A DNA stretch of 61,749 nucleotides, the filler included, from Globobulimina sp. (lineage: Eukaryota): NCBI GenBank assembly GCA_003354225.1. It is 27 parts of 27 records of this genome, joined end to end, with 100 filler letters (N's around TTAATTAATTAA, not from the genome) between each part and the next. Parts side by side here need not be neighbours in the genome. Positions count along the whole stretch, not along the records: positions 22,921 to 25,111 come from PIVH01008297.1; positions 25,212 to 27,402 come from PIVH01008298.1; positions 27,503 to 29,693 come from PIVH01008299.1; positions 29,794 to 31,984 come from PIVH01008300.1; positions 32,085 to 34,275 come from PIVH01008301.1; positions 34,376 to 36,565 come from PIVH01008302.1; positions 36,666 to 38,855 come from PIVH01008303.1; 20 more parts are not named here. The stretch is one strand, 5' to 3'. Numbering within the stretch: position 1 is the first letter of the stretch; each line of letters opens with the position of its first letter. The notes below the pieces were generated by a model, which was not told where the DNA came from, did no database searches, and saw only the letters and a list, made by a program, of their open reading frames with translations. Below, in pieces: positions 22,921 through 36,840 of the stretch. Position numbers and translations under genes: made by a program.

Positions 22921-23992
22921 CAGAACCACTGCAACCGCATTGTTTACATTCTTTCTATTTTGTGCCATGGCCGACGCTGTTCATTTATATTTCTGCTGGG
23001 TCAATGATTACACAATGCTCGGAGGAGAATACAATATAATCAAAGCATTTGCTGATTTATTTTTCTTTTTTGGCTCTGCTCTATTAAATATAACATTATT
23101 TGGCAGAGTATATTTTACTTTTAAGCACCACTCTCATTTATCTCTGTCATGGTACACCATCTTATTCATAACCACCCAAATCATCACTTCTATCATATTG
23201 GGACTATTGTATTGTATGCTCCTTTTACTTATATCTAAAAACCACGAAGAATTAGCCGACCAGTATTCAAAACCATTGGTAGTAGCCATTGACATAAACG
23301 ATTTAACAGTTTCCGTTTCTATGTTATTTTTATTTAGCTACAAATTGCATCAATTAGTGGTAGGAACGGGTTGTTTCAGCAATACCAAACAAAGAGATAA
23401 TTTTAAAAAGTTCAAAGAGGCATCGACTGCGACGGCAACCCGCTATTCTCAGTATTCTACCGATGCATTCTCAACGGTGACCAGGTTGAATAATACATCA
23501 TTGTTAACGCCGCCACCACGCAACACCAATGCGCAGAGTTTGACTGCTGCACAGAGCGTAAATACAGCACATCACAGTATGAATAGTGATATTTGCAATT
23601 TCTCATTGAATACAACCAATACAACCACAATCTCAATGGCAACAAATCGAGCAGGAAGGGAGAAGTCAGTTACTTTGGATCAAAATCAGCTCCATACCAT
23701 TGTAGTTATTACGCGATATGCAATTCTTGGTGGATTTGCAGTGTTTTTCAATCAAATATATTATGGAGTTGGTTATTATTCGATGAATGAATCGTGGGAA
23801 CATAGTTATTATGACGGATTGTTGGTGTATGCATTGCGAATGCTTGGAATGATTGGAATCATCGTGTCAATATACTTCAGTATGGCATTTGCAAAACCAA
23901 TGTACTTTTATTGCTGTGCCGGGTGTCATTTCGCATGTTATCAATGTTGTATCAAATTCACGCGAAGAAGGCTAAAACTTCAGAAAGGCTAA
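22921..23992 (+). CDS. 7TM-like membrane protein, 5' partial
   Basis: At least 6 hydrophobic helices, long S/T-rich loop, Cys-rich tail YCCAGCH. Confidence 0.6.
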
Positions 23993-24112
23993 AACTTAAT
24001 TCATAATATTTGTTGATTGTTTGTTGATTGTTTGTTATAAAAGTGCTCCGAAAGAGACCGCAAACTTTTTGTTTGCCAAAATCCGATCGCTGCTTAATTT
24101 GCAATTATATAC

Positions 24113-25000
24113 TTACAATTTAGCTTTTTTTGAATTAAGTTTGTTCAACAAACTGTCAATCCTTCTCTGACAACCATCTGTCTGTCGTACCCTTGCAAAC
24201 TCCGCCATACATTCTTCTTTTTCTGTATTCCACTCATTCAAAATAGTTGTTTCCCATAAATAATTTTTCACACTCAAGTAAGCCTCCATTGAATCCGGAT
24301 GAACTCTATTTGCTTCGTCCATACACAAGCGCATTAAATCTGTTTTATCCCTTGCAATCTCTGTCAAATATCCTTCATTATAGGCTTGTTTTGGTGTAAA
24401 TAGTTTGCTTGGTTGAGATATCAATATTTTCCATGCAAACTGCGGTATTCTTTTAGTGATTAATAGGTACATTAAAGATGGAAACGGAACACCAACATCA
24501 ATCTCAGTAATGCCAATCCCAATTTTATCATCATCCAAACCACAGCGTACATCACATGCTAAGCCAAGAAAGAATCCTCCAGCAATGGCATGGCCGTGTA
24601 TTTTTGCAATGGTTCTGTTTTGTAAAGTGGCAATGCGAGCCATTGTATGCTCAAATTGCCCAAATAACTGTTTCGTTGTTGAAATGTCAACCGTTTTCGA
24701 CACTGCTTTGAGATCCATGCCAGCACTGAAACACTTTGCATCATCTGGTGATGTAAAAATAATTGGTTTTCTATAATATATTTGTTTTGTTTCAATTTCA
24801 TCCAATAAATGTCGCCAATCTGTGAATGATTTATCATTGAAAAAATTAGCAACGTTGCTATTCATGGTCGTCAACACAACTTTCCCATCGCTGATTAATT
24901 CAATTGAATATGGCATGGTTGCAGATGAGGTGAATCTTGATGAAAGGAATGATTTATGTGATTTATTTCGTAAAATAACATTCAAACAGCGTTTGAGCAT
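24113..25000 (-). CDS. Crotonase-family enoyl-CoA hydratase/isomerase, likely mitochondrial
   Basis: FSAGMDL, IHGHAIAGG, LACDVR, TEIDVG; basic presequence. Confidence 0.9.
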   Translation of the reverse strand: MLKRCLNVILRNKSHKSFLSSRFTSSATMPYSIELISDGKVVLTTMNSNVANFFNDKSFTDWRHLLDEIETKQIYYRKPIIFTSPDDAKCFSAGMDLKAVSKTVDISTTKQLFGQFEHTMARIATLQNRTIAKIHGHAIAGGFFLGLACDVRCGLDDDKIGIGITEIDVGVPFPSLMYLLITKRIPQFAWKILISQPSKLFTPKQAYNEGYLTEIARDKTDLMRLCMDEANRVHPDSMEAYLSVKNYLWETTILNEWNTEKEECMAEFARVRQTDGCQRRIDSLLNKLNSKKAKL

Positions 25001-25211
25001 TTTAGTATTAGTATATGCATGTTCGCAACATCTGACATCTTCGCATCATACAAAGATTTTTTTACAGTCTAAAACCTTATTTTGAGTCACAGTTGAATTA
25101 ATAATAGAACCNNNNNNNNNNNNNNNNNNNNNNNNNNNNNNNNNNNNNNNNNNNNTTAATTAATTAANNNNNNNNNNNNNNNNNNNNNNNNNNNNNNNNN
25201 NNNNNNNNNNN

Positions 25212-26252
25212 AACATGTAAAATTAGATCTGTTTCATCCAATAAGTTTTCCATTTTCGCAATTGTTGGGAATGCATTTACGTACGTTCCTTGATCGCCAT
25301 ACATTATAAACTGAGTCAAAAACAGAAACATGAATAAAGCACTTCAAATATATTATATATGATATACAGACTTGAAAAGGTGTTTTGTTGTCAGCTGAAG
25401 AAGTTGAAAAAGTATGCTCGTCGCTCCAATAATCATCATTTCCAAATATATAATAATATTTGGTGTCTAACAATATCACAAAAATAAAGCGTTGTTAGAT
25501 TTTGTAGAAACAAGTCTCCACAAACCTGTTTTCAAATGTTTTGCAATAACGGTGTAAATATAACCAGGATGACGGAATTGTGTCGGCGATATGATGGAGG
25601 CGGCTCCACCACACATAAATGTGGTATCATATGTATAATAGGTGGCAATGTATGTACTTGTATATTGTCCTGCACTTGTACCAATTTTTACCATTGGATT
25701 TATAATCAATGAGGACACCCAACGTATTTGCATTTCATTTGGCGAGTTATCAGTCAATGCAATGTGTGCTTGTAATGGTTGATTAGCTGCCACAGCGGCC
25801 ACATTTGAAACACCTTCTAATATGTATTGGGTGTTGCCATTTTCAGCAAAATAACGAACTTGATACGAATCTCTCATATTCCATACACGGACTTGGAATG
25901 TTCCCTTAGTTTGGCCATCAGAATGAAAATAGTCTAAATATTGAGAATCCGATGCATTTGGTGGTGAATAAATGCCAATCCAATCACGACTGTTTCCAGT
26001 CTTTGAATTAAGCCAATTTACATTAATATTTTGTACACCATTTGGTGTTGTCAACTGTGAGGGTGTTATGGTTAATGTTACTGGATATGCATATGGTGCG
26101 TATTTACGAATAATTGCATAATCCAATAATTGTGTTCTTTTTGCCTTTTCATAGCCTAAAAATGTTACCCCTGGTTTTAAACGGGTACTCTCTGCTGATT
26201 CTGTATTGATTACTATGTTTAAATATGCGATTGACAACAGGAAAACCAGCAT
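25212..26252 (-). CDS. Purple acid phosphatase-like metallophosphoesterase, multi-exon, 3' partial
   Basis: Signal peptide, DWIGIYSP, PLQAHIALT, FRHPGYI, YYYIFGND, YGDQG. Confidence 0.85.
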
Positions 26253-26300
26253 GATCACAAAAACAAAAGTTTTTAAGTGAAGTAAAAACTATTTTCATGC

Positions 26301-27000
26301 ATGTTGGTTATAACTTTGCTCATTGCTCGACTCACACGATCTGAAAAGGATTGTATTGGCGCCAAATTTATTGAATTTGCAGGTAATTATGTACCGGATA
26401 CAGACCCTCCCATACCATATCAATTCAAATTGATTGAAGAACCAAACAATGATGAAATATACAAACGTGGTACTACATTTGACGTTTGTTGTGATGAAGG
26501 AATGTACTTTGCCTATCCATGGAGTTCAAAGTCATTAATATGCGATAATGGTGAAATAAAACAAGATGATGTCTCAAAATATAATCACTGCATTTCTGAT
26601 GATCAATGTAGTGCAGCATACTTTGAGTATGATTGGGTCATTGATGGCTATCGATTGCATTCAAAAATCAATAATTTATTAGAAGATGGGCCTTTAATTA
26701 CAAAAAGCATTTCTTTTTTCCGAGACACACTCGACAAATACGGCAAACAATATCCAAATAACATCTTATCGAAATATTCAGATAAGTCACACTCACACAA
26801 CACTTACCCACCATTATTATTATTAACCTGCGATGTTTTATATACATCTTTTAACATAAACCCATCTGCTGATAAACCGCACGCGTATTGTATAAAAAAG
26901 GCAGAATGGAAAATAGATCCGTCACCTTTTTCATTAAAATCAGAAGGAAGTCACCATGTCAACAACAAGTGGTGCATAGAATACACCCTACATGGCTATT
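26301..27000 (+). CDS. Secreted Cys-containing hypothetical protein, probably truncated by a chimeric junction
   Basis: Signal peptide; runs into a convergent bacterial-type gene. Confidence 0.4.
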
Positions 27001-27001
27001 T

Positions 27002-27402
27002 TCACATTACATTTCCTAAAATCATATCAGCGTAGTTAAAAGCACCGTGCCCCAAGATAGCAGGATACAAACTTCCAGAAAAATGGTACAGCCCCCCGGT
27101 TAGAATTCCAAATAAAAAGTACAATAAAAACACTGAATGATCTTCTTGATATATTTGAGGATGAATCGCCATAAAAATTAGTGACTGTAAAATTAGCCCT
27201 TTTAAACAACCAAGTCTGTTACGTAAAAAACCGAAGATAACACCTCTGAAGACCAGTTCTTCAGTAAAAGGTATAATTACAATTTTGCCTGCTCCGAATG
27301 TGATTGGAAAAATAATAGCTTTAATCAGTGAAAAATTAGCCCAATTCAAATCCAATAAAGAGCCAGAATATATTGAAAAATCAATTACCTTTAAAAGTAC
27401 AA
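27002..27402 (-). CDS. CPBP/Abi-family intramembrane protease, bacterial-type fragment
   Basis: EELVFRG, FMAIH, HGAFN motifs. Confidence 0.85.
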
Positions 27403-27502
27403 NNNNNNNNNNNNNNNNNNNNNNNNNNNNNNNNNNNNNNNNNNNNTTAATTAATTAANNNNNNNNNNNNNNNNNNNNNNNNNNNNNNNNNNNNNNNNNN
27501 NN

Positions 27503-29693
27503 TCTGCTTTTGTTTCTTCTTCTCATGTCTATTCTTTGCTCCATTCTTGATCCGGTCGATATTGTTCTGATCCCTTGGTGATAAATGATCAGATTCATCA
27601 TCACTGTCTTCTTCGTTCTGCTGAAGTCCCGGCATCTCTGGCCATGCTGCTGCATAACTAGCAGATGTGCATTTAGCACGTGGTCGTCCCAATAGTTGTT
27701 TTTGACCATACAGAGTCATTGTAGAATCCGCAAAATCGAAACCAACTTGATGACATTGCAAAAAATCTGTACCCAAGATAACCAAGGGTAGACGAGAATC
27801 GTCTGGCACCACATGTACAGTTTGTTCAAAAATTTTATCACCGATGGCAAAAGACATAACAACTTTGCCCAAAATATCAATAGAACCCCCAAAACCGGCC
27901 ATTTTTTTATGATGACAACTACGCAATTCGGACATAGGAATGCGGGCAAATTTACATACAGCTTTTTGTGCGATAGTCAATCCAGAGCCGGTGTCGGCCA
28001 ATGCTGCTAATTTGCATACTGGAACACGCTTCCGAAGTAAATAAAGCGCTAACTCCATTGGTTGTAATACAATAACAGAGTTATTATCAACATCTCCTTC
28101 AGGCACAGCGGTCAACACTTTAGCATTTATAGTATCTTCATTTAACCGATTTGGCCGCACTACACATGGCTCTGGTACTGGGGAAACAAGTTTATGGGTC
28201 ACCCAATCATTGTTGGTAGACTCAACTACTTCGGGCAATACAGATCGATTATTTTGCATCATGGTTGATTCAGATGCTAAGGGTGCATGTACCCATACAG
28301 GTTGATTATTGATAGTCTTACACCGTTTGTTCTCATATATACTACTTTCAGTGTCTGTCTGTATGTCACCCATTGCACCCATACATTCGCCAGTCATTTG
28401 TTTATAGCACAACCCAAAATTATCAATTGGTTTAATTACATCATTTACTGTGCTAGGCGTACCCGGTTCTACTTTAGGTGTTTCCATAAACTCTTTCTCG
28501 AGTCTTGCCACCGTTTCGTTATGATTATGTATTTGTATTTGTGTCAACATTAATGCTACCTCAATTTTATGTTTCTCATACCTTTCGTCCTCTTTGCGTG
28601 ATTTTTCACTCCAAAATGTCCAGTTGTCATAATCAAATTTCAAATCAGGGTAATCTGAATTTGGTATCAAATTGGGTCCAAATGTAGGCAGATTATCCCA
28701 ATTTTCAATTGGATATGAACGTCCTGTCTCGATGGCAAATTGATGTAAGTAATCGGTATATATCATTGGTCCTTGTCCTTTACCACCTTCGCAGTCTATT
28801 AGATTCCATTGAATTCTGGCAATTTCTTCTTTTGTTTTAGCCAATTTTTTTCCACTTTCTTTCACTACTGTACCAACATATGAACTTGACCACGCTGATC
28901 GTCTCCTTGGTTGTTGCTGACTTGATTGTGGTTGATCTACACTACGATTCTGATTTTCGGGACAGTCTGGACGCCAATGTCCTGTTTTATGACATGTATG
29001 ACATACATACCCGGCTCCTGGCGGTCCTCTGGCTCGTGAAGAGTTTCTATTGTTATTGTATAGTCGACTTCCACTATTTCTGGATCGGTAACGTTGATTG
29101 TCCTTGGCTGCTTGTTGTACTGAGTCGCCCATATTCAGTGTAATTCGCAAAATTCGTTCTTTTTCCACTTGGCAGATTTCTTTGTCATACACATTTGGAA
29201 AGTATGTCATTGTTTGCATACCCAAATACCTGGCTGCATTACCTAAACTACCATCCAAACAGTACGAAACAACAGTGTAAACGTCACCTTTACTCAGAGG
29301 TTTCAATCGTGCCACTAAATCCTGTGCTGTCACTGGATGTCCTGCTCTGGCGTTGTCCCATACAAACTTAACTATTTTCCTGGCCACTTCCGACGCAATG
29401 AGTTTGAAGTCCTTGTCTGACTTGAAAACCGTTGGTGATTTTGAATCCTCTGTTATGGAGAATTGTTCCTTCATTGGCGCGGCTGTGTCAACACTGACTG
29501 GAAAAAGAGAATGTGATTCGTATGCAATAGTATTATCTTCAACAACAGCACGAATGCCCACTGGTCGTCTCGATGTGGCAATGGGAAGGTCCGGACTTGT
29601 CTGTACTGTGTTTGTAATTCGCTTGGCCATACAAGTCCAATTCGGTTTGTCCATTCCAGATAAATATTGTTGACACGTTTTGAGATCTTCTCT
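27503..29693 (-). mobile_element. LTR retrotransposon gag-protease polyprotein, open at both contig ends
   Basis: CHTCHKTGHWRPDC knuckle, ALADTGS active site, ILGTDF. Confidence 0.85.
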
Positions 29694-29942
29694 NNNNNNN
29701 NNNNNNNNNNNNNNNNNNNNNNNNNNNNNNNNNNNNNTTAATTAATTAANNNNNNNNNNNNNNNNNNNNNNNNNNNNNNNNNNNNNNNNNNNNCGTCATC
29801 ACAAAAAAATTGACAAATTGACAACAACTTTTTCCTTTTTAAATTATATTTAGAATGATGCGTTTGTAGTACCATCAGTTTACTTAATTTAGCAGTTTTT
29901 AAACTCCTAAAAAAACAGCTTAGTTCCCACATATCCGTTAGT

Positions 29943-31741
29943 ATGATGAACAATGATTCACCAATATTGGATCAAGCCAGTGATTTTATTGTAGGACATG
30001 ATTTTATTAATAATTTAAATTATCAACAATCAATATTAAATACATCAGTAGTCGATGAAGCAATGGATGAAATTAAACAACACCTAACAAGTAAACAATT
30101 AATTGAACTAATAAATGGATCACATAGTACTCAACAATTAATTGCAGAGAAAGCAGTACTGCAGATTCGGAAAACAATAAAGCAAATCGCTTCCGATCAT
30201 TTGGGTTCGCCAAATATTCAATTTGCACACACTGAAAACGAACATAATTCCGATTGCTATATTAATTCACCTCTACATTCACAGCATAACAATTGCACTG
30301 ATAATGACATTGAAATGCAAGACCATAACACCAATAATAATAATAATAATAATGAGAATGAATCAATTTTTTCAGATGAAAGTTTAACTTTATCATTAGA
30401 CTTAGAATTAAGCCAAAAAGCCACCCAATCAACAAACACAATCAATACAAATACTCAAAGTAACCACAACCAAAGTATTGAATTCGAAATTAGTGCAAAG
30501 CAAATATTTATAAATAATATATTTTCACGATATATTTTAGATTTTTTAGATGATATTTCCATATGTATTTATGCACAAATTAACCTAAAATGCAATGAAA
30601 AATCGAAAAATGTTCATAAATATATATTGCTTAATACAAATGATTGGTTATTTAAATATGTTTTAAATGGTACGCATTGTATTAAACATATGGTACATTG
30701 TGCGGAAATTATATTAGATTTCAGTAAATTTGATGAGAGAAACGACGCTTTTTTACTATTTACATTGAATAAAATGAAAGAGGAGCAAATATTTGCCAAA
30801 TGTGAGAAGTTATATATTGTATCAATATCAACCAAAATATCTCGAATATTATCATCAAATATTGGCGCATTAAATTGTGTCAATGAATTATTTTTCAAAA
30901 ACATAGAAATATTTCCGATGATAAATTTAGTGAAACATATTGCTTCGACAATGAGGTTAAAACGCATATCAATGATAAATGTTAATATTAATAGAGACGC
31001 GGCATGCAAATACTATATAGGCACAGATGAATGGATGAATATAAATATTAATACAAATACAATACATCGATTTATTGAGCGATTAATGGAATGTAGTTAT
31101 ATTGCTGTTAGGTATGGTTGTATTCGGAGACGCATAAAAATATAAAAACACTTAATTGAGTAAGTAAGTAATGTTTTTTTACATTTTTATGCGTGTTGAA
31201 TGGCAACTTTACACTTTTAAGTGGTTGGTCTAATAAACATTCATTTTGGAATAAATGGTTGGATTATTTACATAACACATTTGAGTGCAGTAACAGAGAA
31301 AAGTTACCAATACCTTTGCAGAATTCATTGTCATTGTGTCCAATACGAGAATTAATATATTTGCCAGGTGATCCATGTCAAGACAGAATACCGCATATTT
31401 GGTTTAAGTTTATGTTAAAATATAAAGCATTTCAAATTACAAAATTAACATTACATTTTGCATCGAATTCAAACTTATATCATGCAATAATTAATAAAAC
31501 GATGATGCATTATTTAGAAATTGAAATGAATGTATTGAAAGAATTATATTTTGGATGGAATGATAGAGATAGTTATAAAATATTAAATTGTTTTATTAAA
31601 GGGAATAAATTTAAAAAAGTTAAATTATGGTTACCAAAATCACGCAATTTATGCAAACGGGAAGAAAAAATTATTGCCGCTGTCAAACGCAAATCGAATC
31701 ATCTTTCTCTTCAGAAAGGTCTTATGCGCCTATGTATTTAG
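29943..31741 (+). CDS. Hypothetical protein (possibly F-box/LRR-like), probably spliced across about 31110-31190
   Basis: Two long co-oriented ORFs; IFSRYILDFLD F-box-like segment. Confidence 0.4.
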
Positions 31742-32084
31742 CTTGTTTTTATTTTTTCGTTGTTTTGTTTTGTTCTGTTTTTTTTTTTAATTTAATATCA
31801 TTTTACGGCGCTTAATTATTGATTGTTTGAGAATATTTTGATTGTTTGGAAAAATAAATACGCGCATATCTAAAATATTTGAACCAATCTATCAAATAAT
31901 GGAAAGTATTGCCATTTATCTACATACTTTTGTTATCTACCTATTCGTATGCAAGTGACAAACCTTTCTTTTTGGAATGGTATCNNNNNNNNNNNNNNNN
32001 NNNNNNNNNNNNNNNNNNNNNNNNNNNNTTAATTAATTAANNNNNNNNNNNNNNNNNNNNNNNNNNNNNNNNNNNNNNNNNNNN

Positions 32085-32794
32085 TTAGATCTATTTTGAA
32101 CGGAAAACCGGAGTGTCCAATGTGTAGGAAAAAAGTGACAACATCGCAATTAAAAAAACCACCATCGAATAATGAGGAACCGGATAAAAAGGTGAATGAG
32201 GACCGGAATAGCGATAAAAAAGAGGACATTGATGAGGAAGAAATCAGATTTGATTCGAAATTGAAAGTATTGATCAATGAATTGAATAAAATCCGGCACA
32301 GTAAACCGAACGAGAAATCGCTTGTGTTTACGTCTTTTAGCAAGTCATTGAGTTGGATGTGTAGTGAATTGGCGAAGAACGGATTTGAATATCGAACACT
32401 GACTGGTTGTATGAGTATGAATAAAAGGAAAAAGCAGTTGGATGAATTTGCCACCAATGCGAATGTCAAAGTATTTGTATTGACTGTGAGGAGCGGTGCA
32501 GTGGGCATTACGTTGACGAGCGCAAATCATGTGTTTATGTTAGAGCCGCCTTTTAATGCTGCACTGCATCGGCAAGCGACTAACAGAGTTTATAGATTGG
32601 GACAGAAGAAAAATGTGTTTATTCATACATTGATTATGAAAAATTCAATTGAAGAGAAAATATGGAATATAAATAAATGCAAAAATTCAAATCTGAATGG
32701 TAATGATACGAATAATCATAATTTGGCGGGAAATATAGCTGGTGATAAGAGTGCAAACTTGCAACAACATGAAATATCAAAATTGTTTGAATAA
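32085..32794 (+). CDS. SNF2-family RING helicase (RAD5/RAD16-like) C-terminus
   Basis: CPMCR, SKLKVLI, KSLVFTSF, GAVGITLTSANHVFMLEP, QATNRVYRLGQ. Confidence 0.9.
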
Positions 32795-33061
32795 AATTTT
32801 GATGTACGTATATTTGGGTAGCTATGGGTTCTGTGGGTGGCAAATTATTTATTTTTGTTGTATTTTATAGGTAGGCTTTTTCTAATTTATGTATGTAATA
32901 AAGAATGTGACAAATTCCAACACAAAGGCGAAAATCCAACAAGCATGTTTTTATGCAATCTCTAAAAAAGTTGCCAGTCTACGAAAACTTTTCAGCCAAC
33001 AAACTATCAACTTCTTCTCCCTAATCTTCTTTAGCTCTACCTCTCTCAGAAACGTATCATT

Positions 33062-34275
33062 ATGAACAACGAAATTGATCATAGCGATGCAAATTCAGCA
33101 TACAATAATCATTCCCCGCAACAAACAGCAATCGTGATCAGTCCTATGGTGGCTACGGATGATGAATCCACATCAGAAGAAAGCAGTGATGTTATTAATG
33201 ACGAGAGGACTGAGAATGCGGTTTATACCAAAGAAGAAGAAATGAAATATAATACAATTGCAACACTTAAAGTAGATACAGAGTTGAATAATAATAATAA
33301 TATTAAAGTAGATTCAGAGAAGAATAATATGACAACGTTGGCCACGGCCACCACAACAACGAATATTAATAATAAGAGTAATCATATCCGGCAACAATCG
33401 AGTTTGATTTTGGACACCGATGACACTGAAAAAGTGATATTTTTGAGCAGTTTAAATGTGTCATATGACAAACCTCGGTTTGTTTATTGCGCGGCAGAGT
33501 TAACTTTGTTATGTGTAAACTTACAGACACAACTATTTGATGCAGAAATTGAGTTAAGATTTTATTGGAAACAGCCAGAATTAGCGAGGTTTTTGTCGAA
33601 ACCAGAAAATAAAGATCGAAGTTGGTCGTTAAAGGATGATGAATGCTCCATTCCCGTTGACATTGATGATCCATTTGATGGCGATTTAGCCTTAGAATGG
33701 ATTCAAAAGGAGTTTTCCTTTGATTTTGCGACCAACACAGTTTGCATGTTGCTACATTTAAAGGATCAGTTTGCAGAAAGAATGGAATTGGATCGTTTTC
33801 CGGTGGATCGGCAATTTTTGAATATCTTATTATGTGGAAGGAAGAATGAAGTTGATGAAGGTAATTGGATTTGGATCACAAAAGCACCAAACTGGGTTCC
33901 TCAGCAATATCATGACAACCAATCACAAATACAAGCACGATTAGGACCATCTGTTTCTGACTATAAAATGTATCTGTTTCTGACTATTATATTGCACATG
34001 AATGAAATATATGAAATATATAATATGAAATAGGTACACGCCATGGGCAGATTTTCGAATGTTAGATGGCATGGATAGTCAGCCACCGTTTAAATTAAGA
34101 TTTCGAGTGCAGAGATATCCAGGATTTTATATTGGAAATATTGTAATCCCATTAATACTGATTATAGTTTGCTGTTTCTCCTCGTTGGCAGTGCCAAGGG
34201 AAGATACTGCGGACAGATTATCTGTGACAATTACGTTGATGTTGGCCACTGTCGCATTTAGATTCATATTGACTG
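33062..34275 (+). CDS. Cys-less pentameric ligand-gated ion channel subunit, intron 33970-34033, 3' partial
   Basis: MELDRFPVDRQ Pro-loop, RYPGFYIGNIVIP pre-M1/M1, DRLSVTITLMLATVAF M2. Confidence 0.85.
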
Positions 34276-34465
34276 NNNNNNNNNNNNNNNNNNNNNNNNN
34301 NNNNNNNNNNNNNNNNNNNTTAATTAATTAANNNNNNNNNNNNNNNNNNNNNNNNNNNNNNNNNNNNNNNNNNNNTTAGCACTACTTGCACTACAACTGC
34401 TGCTATTAAGATACGCCTCTCAGTCCCCTTAAGTTTTACACGCGCTGCGACACAAGCCTTTGCTG

Positions 34466-34602
34466 GGCTCATGACGTGGCGCGCCACAGCACAATGCCGC
34501 TGGTAGCAACCCATTCGAATGCCCATGCCATTTGTCCCCACGCCCGCAATTTGACCGATAAGCAACTTACCGCAATCGCTGAAAGCGACGGGATGGTGGG
34601 GG
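34466..34602 (+). CDS. Bacterial membrane dipeptidase (M19) fragment, probable chimera
   Basis: GC-rich island encoding PLVATHSNAHAICPHARNLTDKQL..IAESDGMVG. Confidence 0.75.
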
Positions 34603-35630
34603 AAATTGCGAGGTACACTACTCTGACATTAAAAATTTACTTCGTTTTACTTGTGTATAAAATCAGAACACGAGAAAGGAGCTCCTGTGGCCGATGATGC
34701 ACCGTTAAAATTACCACGTTTTCAAACACCAATAGCACGGCGATATGCATCATATCGCAAAAATAATAATGTCCCACGTCATAATACAACCAAACCGCAC
34801 AGGAAAGCACAGTATGCGCATAAAAGCAGAGTGCATTCAAATCGTAATCAGGTATTTTTATGTGAAAGTGTTTTTTTTTTTAATTTTGTCATTTTGCTTT
34901 GTGTTGAGTTATCGTTTGATTATCCGTCAGAATCATCGTCAGATTCAGAACTTGAACAACTTGGTATTTATAAACATGCAAAGCATGATCCGTCATCATA
35001 TTCATTTGTTGCTTCACAGAAAGCAATTCATGAAATGAAGAAAAACAATAATTATGATGATGATTCTAAAGAAATACCGCAGATAATTAAGCATTGTAAA
35101 CCACTAAAACGATTGAAAAAATTACCACCAGTTTTATCGTTGACGCACAGTTATTTTGCACTCTCTTTTTGTTAATTTGATGATGATTTGTGTGATTTAT
35201 GTACAGCAATCCGTCATAAATCGATAAGAAAAAGAAAACCATCACCAAAAAAAGCAAAGAGGAGAGGTTTTAAAAAACGTACGTTTTTGTTTTTTGTGAT
35301 TTTGATTTTTTATGTGATATTTGCAATCATTTATCATTTTATGATATGATGCAATGTAGCACGACAATTGAAGGAAAATAGAGTATCAACTTCAGGCAAA
35401 TCTGCTCAACACAAGGTAGGAGGACAAAAAATGTAATTTTGTTTTGTGATATTTCTGTTGTGATATATTTATAGGTGGATACCGTTGCGACATGGCATAG
35501 AAATAACAGATATTCAGGCAAACGGAAAATGAATTTTCATGCTGAACAGCCAAAGTATGCACAAATATCTTTGTACAGATTCATTGTTTGTATGTAGTAT
35601 GAAATATGTAGCAAAAAGAGGAAAATTAGC

Positions 35631-36565
35631 ATGAATCATAATGGATATCGAGCAACAGTGCCTAAATGTGGACAAAATATACATTTCAACTTGCCAGATT
35701 TTAGCACCTTACCAACATTGAAAGACATAGCAAATAATAACACCATAAGTCACGAACTACCATCATTCACAAAACAACAATTATCAAAGCAATTTGGTGT
35801 ATCATCAGACATATTAAATATGTCCTTTACAAATGCAGGCAATTATAAATTTAATGATAACCAATCAAACAAAAACCTAACAAGAAAGATAATATTTAAT
35901 GAAGACGATGCATTCGTGGACTATACAGCTGATAATAGTTACGATGCAGATGCAGTCAATCAAGGAAATAATGATATTTTATTACACGACGACTGGGGCC
36001 ATATTGCATCAGATCAAGCATTTGATCGCCATCTGAGAAACGCACCAAAACCCCCACACAAAAATGCTAACAATAATAAAAATAATACAGTTACAAACGA
36101 AGGCAACGCCGCAGGCAAAGGATGGAAAGAGGCATATAAAGAATTACTTGCATCTGGCTGTGATACCCAACTATTGACTGAAAAATGGGTATTAAACCAC
36201 TGGAGAATGATTGTGTGGACCTTAGCTTGTACGGAGCGCTCATTTGCCTTTAAATTGAGTGGCATTTATTGTAATTATCACAATGTATTACGGCATTTAC
36301 AATATCGATATGAGTATGAAATAAATGGGGGTCATGCTGGCGTTTTGTCGAAAATATATCGCGGGGATCAGTCTGCGGGCTGTTATATGGTATTATGTGT
36401 CTCGCGTATTATTTATGCCGCGTCTGCCAATAATATGAAAACAACGCGCTTGTATTTAACCGATGGTTGGTACGAAATGGAGGCCACTTTTTACGTCGAA
36501 TCGTTAGTGGATGGAGGCGATATTGTCATTGGTGATAAATTAAAGGTTTGCATGGCGAGAAGAGA
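35631..36565 (+). CDS. BRCA2: BRCA2 homolog (helical and OB1 domains), 3' partial; upstream exons probably from about 34690
   Basis: WVLNHWRMIVWTLACTERSF, LQYRYEYEI, MVLCVSRI, LTDGWY. Confidence 0.88.
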
Positions 36566-36840
36566 NNNNNNNNNNNNNNNNNNNNNNNNNNNNNNNNNNN
36601 NNNNNNNNNTTAATTAATTAANNNNNNNNNNNNNNNNNNNNNNNNNNNNNNNNNNNNNNNNNNNNGCTTTATTTCGGTGCTCACTTTGCGATCTGTTACG
36701 TGATGGTATTAAATCATTTGATTTTATATCAACATCATCGGCTTTTTTTCGCACTGAACGAAATTTGCCTTTTGGCTTTGTTGCCATGTATTTAAAAACT
36801 GTTTTTTAGGCTAAAACTATTAAAGAAATAACAATTAATT

